Shown piece after piece: positions 1-11,949 of a stretch of DNA of 64,000 nt. The notes under the pieces were generated by a model. It was given only the letters and a program-made list of their open reading frames with translations, made no database searches and was not told the DNA's origin. The DNA is from Leidyana gryllorum EB-2025a (Eukaryota > Protista > Apicomplexa): the NCBI GenBank assembly GCA_048772705.1, contig JBLWGC010000213.1:372001-436000 (forward strand), given 5' to 3'. Position numbers and translations under genes: made by a program. Positions within the stretch are counted from its first letter, which is position 1; the number at the start of each line of letters is the position of its first letter.

Positions 1-553
1 CACTCTTTGACGCTTCCGTTCTTCTCAGGGCAGGAAATCTTTGCGGCAGATGTTCTTAAGTACAGTGTCCTCGGCCCTGTCGGGAGTGCGTCCTGAGGCA
101 CTGCGTCCCTGGCTCTCGTCGCGGCTGGCCAAGCAGCTGATGGAGCAACCAATAGCGCTGTTCGATGGGGTTCTCCGAGGTGCCATGGAGTCGTATATCT
201 GTGTTGACGGCCGCTTATTGCCCGGAATCATAATGGGAAGCACATTCGTCTTTATCAGCTTGGCTGTGCTCCTTTTGTCCTTCGGCATCAAGACTAGACA
301 CGTCACTGACCTGTGGTTCAAGCGACCCGATGACCACGCGGCCATTATTGAAGCCTTCCAGAAAGCGCGGGCTGAGGAGGCTCGAACGTCACCAAAGACG
401 GCTCAATCGCCTGACAGCTCCGGGGGGACCCCCCAACGGACAATTCCCCTCCAGACCTCACCGGAAGGTGTTCCAACTGTTCATATCGAGACAGTTGCAA
501 CGCCTACTCATTCCGACCGAGTCGACAGAACTGTGCGACGCCGACGATCATGA
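1..553 (+). CDS. 3' end of a hypothetical membrane protein (starts upstream of the window)
   Basis: ORF 41..553 with one hydrophobic segment (IIMGSTFVFISLAVLLLSFGI) and a polar tail. The stop overlaps the convergent gene. Confidence 0.5.
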
Positions 554-2139
554 GTCTTTCTTGATGGGAAGAGAGTGGAAAGGAATCTCGTGATCTAATT
601 GACCATCCGGTATCTCAGCTGCAGAGCAGAGGATGCACAACGACTGAGCTTTGTGAGATTTGCACAAAGACCACAACATATGTTTTCCCTCGGCGCAGCA
701 TTTGTCGATGGCTCCCTCTGCATTGGAGAAAAGAATATCAATGTCGTCAAACACGATGACTGCTGGTGCCAGTTGTAGAGCTGCTTCAAACACTCCTGTC
801 AGATAAGCCTAAAGACGCTAATGATATTAGACCAGAAACTCCTCCTACCTGAGTTCCACCGACTGTGGCCGAGAATAGTTCAGTCAGCTGGACAAACACC
901 GCTCTTTTATGTTTCCACCACCGCTCTCTCAGATAGGATGTACGTCCGCTACCGGGGGGACCCACTATACAGTACATCGGGACCGCAGTGCCTTGTTCTT
1001 TCGTCAAATTAATCTCCGGCCAGCGGCCGCGCCCTATATACGGGCCCGGATGGGGTTCTGGAAAATCGTTCGCCTGACTCTGCGGCGTGAAACCCAACCT
1101 CAGAGTGATATCTGCCCACTCTGTGCCGAGGTGTTCAGAGAAATTAGTACCGAAACTACTACAGCTTACCGGAGACACACTCATCAACCTGTCCGGACAC
1201 CAACACCTTTACAGTCTCTTCATCGTTCAGAGACGAGATGACGGCAGTCGACACGCGTTGGGTCTTTGGGGAGGGGGAGGAGGATTGCGCGCTCTCTTCC
1301 GGTGAGCTCGAGTTGAAGCGACTCGAGGCGTCTGGTGCGTCGCGAGCCCGAATCTCGTTGACCACCCCGAATTCTGCTCGAGACTCACTCCGAGCCTCCT
1401 GCGCGTACCCCTGCCCCTGATATATATGCCACACCTCGCAGTGGTTCCGGAAGGGTTTCTGTACAGCGACGTCCTGAGGACCGGAGAGCAACCGATGGTC
1501 GACCACATATCGCCAACGCCATGCGTCATTCCCGACTACAAAGCCGTCAGCCAGAGTCTTTATCCATTCCTGCGCCAACTCGAGCGCTATCCGGCGATGT
1601 TTGGCCGTTATTTCCAGCCAATTAGGGGGCAGAAAAGGGAGGGTGAAACCCTCACTGCGCTGGTCGACGGCAACACTCAGCATTTGTTTCCTCTCACCCT
1701 CGTCTCCACCCCCAAAGAACCTCGTATGAGATGGGCTTTCGCCGAGAAGCTCTTTCATCAACAAACATGGCTCATCACCCTCAATCGTCGACCCCAGTTT
1801 TGCTGCACGTAGCCGAGTCCCCAGGGGAACATATGGTAGCAGAGACTTCCAGACTCGGATTCCTACTCCTCCTCCTCCTCCTCCTCCCCCTCCCACTCTC
1901 TCGGCGTTGCCTTCGTCACTTGTTGCGTCTGCGTTGGAGACTTCCAGCAACCAGTCCTGATAGTCGCTTGGTCGATTCAACTTTTCTTCTTCGCCATTCG
2001 GTTTCGGTTCGAGCCGTTTGGTGTAGCACGGGGAGTAAAGCTTTAGGTGGGGATGCTTTGATAATAAGGCCTGATTCAATAGCCCCTTTTCAATGCTTTC
2101 GGACGGCGCTGACTTGGGTGGTTGTACCCTCAAAAACAT
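548..2139 (-). CDS. Multi-exon protein with a degenerate C-terminal AAA+ ATPase module
   Basis: Exon ORFs 1159..2139, 786..1187 and 548..793. Walker A-like GPPGSGRT and Walker B VIVFDDID; the context 'VFEAALQLAPAVIVFDDIDILF' is typical of AAA proteins. Confidence 0.55.
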
Positions 2140-2145
2140 TTTGCG
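2132..2145. promoter_or_regulatory. A/T motif (AAAAACATTTT) at a minimal divergent start-codon junction
   Basis: Lies across two divergent ATGs only 6 bp apart. Similar motifs precede many other starts. Confidence 0.4.
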
Positions 2146-3899
2146 ATGGATAGGGGGGTCATCTATCGGGCCACCACGGCCGACCCCGCTCCGGCCTCGG
2201 AGATGGCCATTGCGGAGGTCATACAGCTCAGTCTACACTCTCCGCAATGCTGCCATGACATGGTCACCTTTTTGGCTCACCGACTCAGCAAAAGTGATGT
2301 GAACATCAAAATCAAGGTATCACGGCTGATCCGCCGATTGGCCGAGTCAGGCAGACCAGAATTTCGACGGATCGCGCAACGTGAGCTGTCGGACACTCTG
2401 CGAGGTCTCCAGTCTTACCAGTCTGACACCACTGGGGAGTCCCGGGAAGCTCAAGATGCTCGGTAAGCTCGCGAGCGAGACATTCTCATCCTCTGTGGCC
2501 CCAGAACACTGCGGAATGTGGCTCGCGACGCACTGACTGCCCTATATGCGACCGAGAATCGAGAGCTGGACAACTCTCCCATGTCGACCCACTCGCCTGT
2601 GGTGGTTCGACCGCCCACATACACTGGATACGAGTCGGCCTCGCCTATCACCAACCGCCAGACATCGAAAATGGTCGGGTTTGGGAATCCTCACTATCAG
2701 GAGCCACCACCCGAGAAGACCGCCACCCAAATGTTATATGGCATTTGGGAGACAATGTCCGCCAAGTTACCGGCCTCTATCACTTCCACTTTTGGTCTGC
2801 GACCGGGTCCACCAGAGCCCAATTTCTCAACGTATGCGGCAAATCCAAACAGACAATTCGGTCTCCCTCCCACCAGTGAGTCGCAACAGAGAGGGTGATG
2901 GCGTCTGAACTGTTCAATCTCAGTGAGCGAATACCACGGAGCAGCCCTGGAGAGCTCTCCTGTCTCGGCTACCCTCCCCTCGAGTATTCGACTCGACTCC
3001 CTGCGGAGATCGGGCAACTGGCGTCAAATGGACACTGACAGACACGAATCGCCCAGTGCACCGGCCTCTGTCTCGCGGAACGATCCTATTCTGATGTCTG
3101 GCGCGCAAGACGCAGGTGCGGTTTGGCTGTCGGAATGGTTTATATCCAATCATCTCTCTGTATTCTCGTTTCAGGCGCATTCGAAGCTCGACTGCTCGAC
3201 AGGATCATTGAGCCGGGCGGACCAAAGGTGGCACCGCCACCAAAGGCCTTGCGGGAGTTCTGTGAGACCTGTCTGACCATTGATCTGGAAGCTGTCTTGT
3301 TGCTGTTGATTGGGAAGCTTTCGAACCGTCAGTGTTCCTGGCAGCACTGGGTGAGAGGACTTTTAGTGCTGGAGGCCTTGCTGAAGGGCGATAGTCTGAT
3401 GAGGCCGGACGGACAAGGGTCCTTAGCCGAACAGACACGGACCTATTTGCATCGACATCCGTCGTCCATCGCTGTGATCCAGGAGTTGCGAGGCGAGAGC
3501 CCCTGCGCGGCAGTTGCAGCCGACGTACTCTGCCTGTTGGGGATGAACAGTGCGAGCAGTGCCACTCGAGTGCCCGGAAGGAAGGAGAAACTGCCCAAGA
3601 AGGGCAACTTGTTGGATGTATCAGACGACGACGACGAAGAAGGTGGGGACAGCGAGGCGAGTCAATCAGACTCACCCGCGATAGGGCTGGAGGAGAACGA
3701 CGAGGAAGAAGAAGAAGAAGTTGTGGAAGCTTCCCCTCCGAGCGCGTTGGTGAAGACGGTTGATCTATTGGAGAGCAAAGAAGACAGCAGCAAAGCAAAC
3801 CCTCCACCAACCTCAAACTTTGCTTTTGTTTTTGGCGGCTCGTCCACTGTAGACACAAAAAGGCAGCCAGCCCAAGAGACGACATTGTTGGACCTTTGA
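2146..3899 (+). CDS. TEPSIN: Tepsin-like AP-4 accessory protein (ENTH plus VHS-like domain), multi-exon
   Basis: N-terminal ENTH-like 'IYRATTADPAP...LAHRLSKSDVNIKIKVSRLIRRL' and a second helical domain 'EARLLDRIIEPGGPKVAPPPKALREFC...WQHWVRGLLVLEAL'. GT-AG introns near 2463, 2897 and about 3150. Confidence 0.7.
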
Positions 3900-4630
3900 A
3901 TGGCATACATAGAAATTACCGAGAGCGGACGACCATTTGGGTGGATTACATTCGAACTGTTCGAGGATCAATGTCCAAAGGCCTGCCAAAACTTCAGAAT
4001 GCTATGTACTGGGGAGAAGGGTATCGGCAGGTCGCAGAGACCACTGCATTACAAGTAAGCGATCGCTCTCACGTATCAGGCGACCGCTGGCTGAATTATC
4101 AATAGGGGTACGAGCATTTTTCGCATAGTGCCTGGTTTTATCATCCAAGGAGGTGACATCGTCAATGACAATGGTACATCGGGGGAGTCTGTTTTCGAAA
4201 CGACGTTCTTTCCCGATGAGCGGAGCGCACAGCGCCACGACTGCGCAGGCCTCCTCTGCACGGCTTCCTTGGGGCGCCCGAATACTAACACCAGTCAGTT
4301 CTACATCACAACCGGTCCGTGTCCTTGGCAGGACGGCCGGGATGTAGTCTTTGGCAAGGTATGAAAAGATCTCATTTAAGTGACATTAAGGGGTACCATC
4401 AGGTGGTGGGAGGGATGAAGGTCGTTGCAAGACTCGACAGTCTTGGCTCTCCCCGAGGCTCTGTCGCAGCAGACATCCGCATTGGCGATTGCGGTGCCCT
4501 GCCCTTCAAACCAGCTTCGGATGTTGACAGCTTCATGCAGCCGAACTCTTCATCGAGACGCGGCACTCGCTTGTCGCACTTCCAGAGCAACGGCTTTCTG
4601 AGTACCGACAACTGTTCTGAAGGAGACTAA
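3900..4630 (+). CDS. Cyclophilin-type peptidyl-prolyl isomerase (3 exons)
   Basis: Spliced '[26 protein letters not shown]...LHYK|[17 protein letters not shown]...[22 protein letters not shown]|VVGGMKVV'. Introns at 4055..4105 and about 4359..4402. Confidence 0.9.
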
Positions 4631-7600
4631 GCTACTTGCAGAGCTAGCTTTGGGTAGATTTGCATCGCCATCAATTCCTGGAAGAGCAGTTTGCAAGCGT
4701 AAGGAAGGAATACTTGGGAGATCTGGGTCTCGTTGTTGCACCCTCCACAATGGTAGTGGTTGGTAGACAAGTCCGCTGTACAGAACAAACCGCAAATGTC
4801 GCACACGTGGATGCGATATGCGTCAGACTGGTCGAACAACCTCTCTTTCAGCATCTTCGCTGCTCCGTGGGCAATCATACAATCGCGTTCCATTTCGCCG
4901 AAACGTAGACCACCTTCGCGCGACCGACCTTCCAGTGGCTGGCGGGTTAGGGTTGTGATTGGCCCTCGAGCCCTGCTGTGAATCTTGTCATCGACCATAT
5001 GTTTCAAGCGTTGGTAGAAAGTGGGACCGAAATATATCAGATTTGGCAACGGAATGCCCGTGAAACCCGAGTACAAACACTCGTTTCCATGACGTTGGTA
5101 ACCCAATCCATGGAGATTCGAGCAAATGTCCTTCACCTGAAGCTCCGTGAATGGCGTCGCGTCCCCCTCAGCCCCCTCCATAGAACAATACTTGCCGAGC
5201 AAGCACTCGACAAGATGCCCGATGGTCATACGAGATGGAATAGCGTGTGGGTTCATAACAATGTCCGGAACGATGCCTTCGTTGTTGAACGGCATGTCTT
5301 CTTGACGGTAGGTGATACCGATCGTTCCTTTCTGCCCGTGTCTTGAAGCAAACTTGTCACCGATCTGAGGAACACGCACACTTCGAACTTTGACTTTGGC
5401 GAATCGGAAGCCTTTGCCATTGACTGAGAGCATGACTTGCTCCACGACACCGTTTTCGGAAGTTCTAAGGATGTGTGACGCATCTCTCTTTGTTTTCTTT
5501 TGCACTTGGTTCTCTTGTTCCTCCACCGCAACTGGCATAGTTTTGCCAATAATAACATCGTCACCCAGGACCTGGGAGCCGGGCTCGGCCAGTCCATCAT
5601 CTGACAGTTTGGAATAGTCGCCGCGTTTCAATCCGAAGCATGTGGCCGGATCCGGCTTTTCAAACGTCTCCACCTTCAGTGAGCCTTTTTGTCGCTCTTC
5701 AGCCACATACGTCCGGAAGAACATTGATCTGAACAGGCCTCTGTCGATTGAGCTTTGATTCATAATCAACGAATCTTCTTGGTTGTAGCCGGAGTAGCAC
5801 ATAATGGCAACAATGCAATTGATTCCAGCAGGGAGCTCTCGGAACCTCAGGTAAGCCATGCCTCGAGTACACACCAGGGGTTTCTGTGAGGAGGAAAGAT
5901 AGTGAGAAAGGGGGAAATGTACGTACCTGTGGGTAGAAGAGGACATGGGCGGTGGAATCGAACCGCAAGTTGAAGTTCGAAATGTACACCCCCATTGCTT
6001 GTTTACCCATAGCGGATTGGTAGACATTACGAGGAGACTGATTGTGATCGGGGAAGGGGATTAGGGTTGCGCACACTCCGAGAAGCATAGCTGGATGGAT
6101 TTCGCAATGTGTGTAGGTCTTGCAGTATTCCGGGTCGTCACTGGTGCTTGGGGGCATCTCTGCAGTGGGTTGGAGGTCTCGAATGAACATAGCGATCATC
6201 GCAGTTTCTTCTTCCTCGCAGTCCAGGAACTCGACGACACCCGATTTGACAAGATTATCCCAGTCTTCATGTTGTTGAGAGTCGCAGACCCGTTTGATGT
6301 GATGTTTCCGAATCACCAACTTGTTGTTCTTGACCAGATACAGGGCTCTCATTGACCGCCCACCATCTGTGAAGACGCGGACCTCCCGATTGACAATGTC
6401 GTATACAATAGAGGCCTCGGCAGAAATCCGGCCTTCTCGTCGCATTTGCTTCAAGAGCATCACAATGTCAGTGGTATCTGGGAAACAACCGACCCAAGCG
6501 CCGTTTACGAAAACACGCACTAATTCGTGCACAGATTCCGGCACCAGTTCTTCCAACGCTTCCATACCACAGTCCCACAAGAATCGCAGAATTATATCAG
6601 ACGAGAAACCGACTGAAATACGGCACATTAAAGCCAAATTCTTGACCAGCCCGACGGATTGACCCTCTGGTGTCTCGGCTGGGCAGATCATACCCCAATG
6701 CGTGTTGTGCAGCTGACGAGGCTTTGCCATTTTGCCCTCGCGTCCGAGAGGTGTATTCAGCCGCCGTAAATGACTCAAAGCAGCCAGGAAAGTCAAGCGA
6801 TTGAGCACCTGACTGACCCCAGTTCTCACAACAGCGCCGTCCTTGTTCTTTCCCCAATTCCCCGTCGCCAACTGATACTGAAGGCCCTGCGTGATTGGTG
6901 AGACCACCCGCACCGCCCCCGCGACATCAAAGTTTCGAGAATTCTCGACCTGTTTCTGCAGTGCCCGGCCAACGTCTTTAGCCAATTTGCGAAACAATTG
7001 TCCGAAACTGCTGGCCATCAATGCTCCTGCAAGATCAATCCGCTTCTTCCCAAAGTGGTCACGGTCATCCTCCTGAATACGACCCAATTCTCCTAAACAC
7101 AGCCGATGTACCATGTACCCAATGAACCATGCCTTGTCGTTCTCGCAACCTTCCTCGTATCCGACGTGGGCCAACACCTCTTTGTGCAGAAGCTGCGAGA
7201 AACACGAATGTGCTCAGTCGCTGGAGAAACTTTATGAAAAAACTCACCTCGCGAGCGTATCTGATACGCAACTCCCTGGGGGCTCCGACGGTGGGCCCTC
7301 TGCGGCCGATAAAGTCCAGACATACAGACTGAGTGAGGAACGGCGCGCCCTCTTCCAGCGATGGTTTCAAAAGATTGAGCATCTGCTTATCCTTCATATC
7401 GTAGACAATCCGCTGGCAGACATCGCGGTCGCTGAGGACTCCCAAAGCTCGAAACAGGATGACAACGGGGATTTCCGTCCTGATGTATGGTAGTGTCGCC
7501 ACGATCTGACCGTAGGCTTTACTTCTGCCCATGACACCCTGTTTCGCCTTGAGCTTGACCGAGAAGGGACTCGTAGCTTGCATTCCCTCCCGCTGAGAAC

Positions 7601-8668
7601 GGATTTCAGCCATCCAACTAAACTTTGCCGGAGGGCTCTTCTTGAAGACATATATAAAGTTTGAGGCCATTTTCTCCTGAGCAATCAACACCTTTTCCAT
7701 TCCGTTGATGATGAAGTAACCGCCTTGATCAAATGCACATTCTCCCATATTCGTGGCTTCTTTATCCTCCACACCCGATAGCCAACAATAGGCAGATCGA
7801 AGCATCATAGGTATCTGCAGCAGAGTCAAATCAATTCATTGAAAAACATTCAGTCCGCTCCTCTTCTTACCCTTCCGAGGGGAACACCTGGATATGTGTG
7901 GCTCTGAACCTTCTTCTCGGTCCCGTCCGAATGGATTTTAACCGCCTCCTGCAGAATATCAACATACAGAGGCGCGGCGTAGGTGAGGTTCCGCAGTCGC
8001 GCTTCCAGTGGCCAGATGGGTCTCGTTTCATTCTCCTTATCCTCAATACTGGGACGCGAGAGCGTCAATTGTCCGAATCGCAGACGATAGACCAGCTGGA
8101 CGTCTCCCTCCTCATCGTTTGAGTAACTTGGCGCAGTTATTTGAATTGGTGGGTGATTCGAAACTATTTCTTGCATCTTGTATGTGACAAAGTCATTGTA
8201 GGAGTCCACCTGTTGGTGAACCAACCCGTACCGCCGGAAAAAGGCAGAGATAACGTGCCAACTGTCCGTATCAGCTATCGGGTCGCCCAGCTCGTCTTCC
8301 TCCTCTTCCTCGTCACTCTCCTCCTCCACCTCAACGTCAGGCGTCGCGGGTTCCGCTTCTTCTCCAGCAAGCCCGTCGTCTGCGTCTTTTACTAACCGGG
8401 GATCTGCCATATCTTCGTCCTCATCATCATCGTCAAGGCCGAGGTCGTCCTCCCCAGAACCCCCATCTGCAGCTCCTGCATTCCCCTCGTCTAATGTGGG
8501 ATCCATTTTGATATGCATCCCACTCGGATGATGTGCCGGGCCACCCATGTCTTCATCCTCGCCATCGTCTCCTTCGTCCTGACTGAAGATAGCGTTCTCA
8601 TCTTCTTCCTCAGCAAACACTTCGTCACTGACAGTGTGGACGGCTTGTGTACCCCATGTATCCTCCAT
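4627..8668 (-). CDS. RPB2: RNA polymerase II second-largest subunit (4 exons)
   Basis: [39 protein letters not shown] and the C-terminal zinc finger, spread over ORFs 7850..8668, 7065..7829, 5699..7177 and 4627..6027. Confidence 0.97.
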
Positions 8669-8702
8669 GGTCCCTCACACACTAAAATTTTTCACCCCAT
8701 AT

Positions 8703-11198
8703 CTACCTCCGCCCTTGAGATACATTGCTCTGCACCTTCTTCAGACACTTCTTGCGGACCTCCAATGCCTTCTTCACGATCTGATCCCTTTTCTCCTTAT
8801 TAATCCGCGGTCGGAAGCTCGTAATCTGCTTCAAGAGGAAGAAACACGTGTCTTTGCAACTCCAGTATCCCAAATGGGACGAGAGCAGTCCAATTGGGCT
8901 CATCATCAGCTCAGTCATTGTCTCAGATACTGCGTAATCCACCCTCACTGGTAACTCGTTCCCTCCCTCCTCTTCCCATTCACTCAACTCGCCGTCGATC
9001 TCTCTGCGGATCTCCTGCTTAGCGCTCTCCTCCAGTCGCTCGAGATCATTGTTTCGACTCTGCACTTTCCAGGCCGCCGCCTCTTCCGCTGTCATTGTCT
9101 CCCCAACAAACTTATTCTTCGTTGTGGGAACGGTCTTTGTAATCGTGGCGTAAAGATCCTCAATTTCTGTCTCGATGGCGCGCCATGCTGAAGCTCGCCG
9201 CTTGTCGACTTCGCTCTCGACCACCCTGTCTGCCAACGCTTCTTCGATCCGTTGCGCACACGTCTCCCTAATGCGACTCCCCAACAGGAGCACCAACTGA
9301 CGAACAGTGAAGGGTCGGGCACGACGGCCCATCTTCACTCGCCGGTTCAGCCCGAAAGGATCATAATGGGCTCCTTTCGACTTGGCGTCTCCTTTGGCAA
9401 CCACAAAGGTATCTGGCAGAGGAGCGTGGGCAGCTTCCGAGTCTTCCTCCACATCTGAGGGAACAGACGCGGGAACTTCTTCCACAAAGGTAACTGCCTC
9501 GAGTTGGATCGAGGAGCGCTCAGCCGCCGAACGGTCGGCTGCTGAACCCTTTTGCTCAGCCGAAGAAAGATAATCGGCTGATGTTGCGGGATCAGGGCTG
9601 GCAATATCTTGGAAGGTTGAGTCTGCGGCCGCCTGAGGTTGCGGGGTTGTGATGGTCGGCCTTGGAATGTCATCGCCAACATCTCTGGGCGAGATGGTAT
9701 CCAACTGCAGTCCACTGGCGGTCAGAACTATTGTGGACTGGTCAATATTCTCCTCGAGATCGGGAGAGTCATCGACATTCCCGGCTCCACCAACATTACC
9801 TGTGGCATTGTCTTCACCCTGGCGCGCGGGAGTGCTCGGCACGGGTTGAAGGGATGGCGTTGCACTCGATTCTGCTGCGACGGGGTCAGAGGGGTGGTTG
9901 GAGAGTTGGCCATATCTGGTCATCTTGTTCAACTTGTCGGGGAGTAAGTAGCGGCGGGATTTCACGAAGCGGTTATATTCCGACTGCGAAAGCTCTGGAA
10001 TACCTTCGCCTACGGCCGATGAGCTGAAAAGTCGGCGGAATGCTTTGGTAACAGCCCGAAAACCTCCGCGGGTGCTGGTTAATCCCTCCAGTTCTCGTCT
10101 CCAGTAGACGTGATCAGGCACAGCGTTGCGAGTGTAGTTGGGCAGTATCACGGGAGGAGGCACTCTATCCCGCAATTCTGGGAAAAGGAGAGGTTCGAGT
10201 CGCAGAGCGACGGGGTCTTGTCGATGGAATATATTGTACAAACGTGTCTCTCGAGGCCACTTGCTCCCCGACCGATACACCAGCTCGCTGCTGTTCTTAA
10301 GTACTAAGAAGGCAGCTAAGGGGCTTCCCCACATAAAGTAGTGATCAACCGTAAAGTCCAAAGCGCTCTTATGCGGTGACGGTGCTTCAACGATGGGAGG
10401 CACTTCCAAGTCGGGAAAGACACCTTCCTCAGGTTCTGTTGGTTGCAGTAGTGTGATGCTGCGAGATGCCATACACTGTTAGTCACCCACCCGAAGGCTT
10501 CTCGATCCGGGTCTCTCGGCAGGGAGACCCGCTCAGGAGCTCATAGAGCATCACACTGCCCAATGAATGGCCGATTAGGACCACTCTTGAATCCCGAAAC
10601 CGGCCGGAGGGATCCTGACGTAATTGACGGACCTTCCGATTCATCAACTGCTGTAATTGGGTGACCATAAAGTTCCCGTAGCGAGGAGTCATATAGCACA
10701 TGACATCGGCAACCACATTGTGGAAGTACACACGAAGACCGTGACGTTTAGCCAAAATGTCAAAGTCCGACCCTTCGCCAACTGGGTTCTGACCATCATG
10801 CGCCTCGCTTGGTCCAATTGGTGGAGCCGAAGCTGCCACGGAATCGTCGTCTCTGTCCCTTCTGCCACTCTCAGTGGTAGAAATGATGCGAGCCAGAGAC
10901 GGATTCTGATAGGTGGAGAGAACAGACTTCAAATCTATCAACTCCACGTGTATATCGAGACTCATCTCCCAGAACCAGTGCGTCTTGAGGTATTCAATGG
11001 TTGTGAGGAGTGACTCCAAGTTGTCCACCAACATCTGCATCGTCGAGTACGGTGCCCAGTCGAGAGGGTTACACAAAGACCTACTTTCGAAGAGGGCGCA
11101 GCCCCATGCGCTATCATGAGTATGACATCGCAGGCCGGCGGCAGCGTTTCTCTTTCGCCGTCCACATCGGCTTTACTGTCGGTAGTGTCAGTGGTCAT
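8703..11198 (-). CDS. DDHD-domain phospholipase A1 (PA-PLA1 family), multi-exon
   Basis: 'DVILMIAHG', lipase GHSLG, 'YFMWGSPLAAFL', 'YNIFHRQDPVALRLEPL' and C-terminal 'RVDY...SHLGYW'. Confidence 0.85.
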
Positions 11199-11252
11199 TG
11201 CCACGCCTGCATGTGTGGGGGTGTCGAGCCGGCAGTCCGCACGACTATCGTA

Positions 11253-11928
11253 TTAAAGTTTATTGATGCAGAATTTCACACTCTCTCGCTCTGTTCGGCT
11301 AACGGAGTTGAATCCGCTTTCTCGCCCTTCAATAGGGCATACTGGCCACGCTGAGCAAACTGGTCCACCGACCACGACAAGTGCACACCGAAGAGTGTGC
11401 CAACCAAACCCACAATCACGAAGCACAGAATGTACTTGGAAGCTTTGGTACTCTTGTCAGTTGACGCCTCCCACTGATAGTTAAGGACTGATCTTTCGGC
11501 AAAGGTTACACTGACTCACCGCGAAAGTGCTCACACAGACGGCCAGGGCGAGCAGATGAAGAGCCAAAGTACTGTAGACACACACAATCGGCTGCTGGTG
11601 GCGGGCGACTCACATCAAGTATCCCCAGAAGGCGAGTTTGGTGAGTTTGGGGGAGAGAGTCTTGGCGGCAGCTACAGTGACACCGCAAACTACCAACTGC
11701 CACAGGGCTAAGTCTGTTGGACACACTTGTTTGGCAGTCTCCTCGAAAGAACCTACGGTAGAATTGATTCAAGTAGAGGCCGAGGACGAGCACTTCGATG
11801 AAGGTGGCCACTGCTAGAACTCGCAACCCATCTTGCAGGCTGAATGGCCCCAAGCCGCGGAGAGGGCGGCAGTGAAAGAAACGAGCAGACGGTTCGTCAC
11901 CAGGGTGCATGCTGACAGTGATACTCAT
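11253..11928 (-). CDS. Small multi-exon membrane protein, unknown function
   Basis: Hydrophobic exons 'LRVLAVATFIEVLVLGLYL' and 'YILCFVIVGLVGTLFGVHLSW'. The 3' end is uncertain (11253, or about 11195 if a further intron is spliced). Confidence 0.45.
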
Positions 11929-11949
11929 GCAGGGCGTAATTCCATCTAT

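Noticed and set aside
1861-1895. (CCT)n-type microsatellite, and similar GGA/GAA runs at about 3700 and 41870
   Set aside because: They encode poly-Gly or poly-Glu tracts. No mobile-element or array structure is present.
2890-2925. Apparent in-frame stops and frameshifts suggesting pseudogenes or a non-standard genetic code
   Set aside because: In the conserved genes checked they fall inside short GT-AG introns. TGA, TAG and TAA all serve as normal terminal stops.
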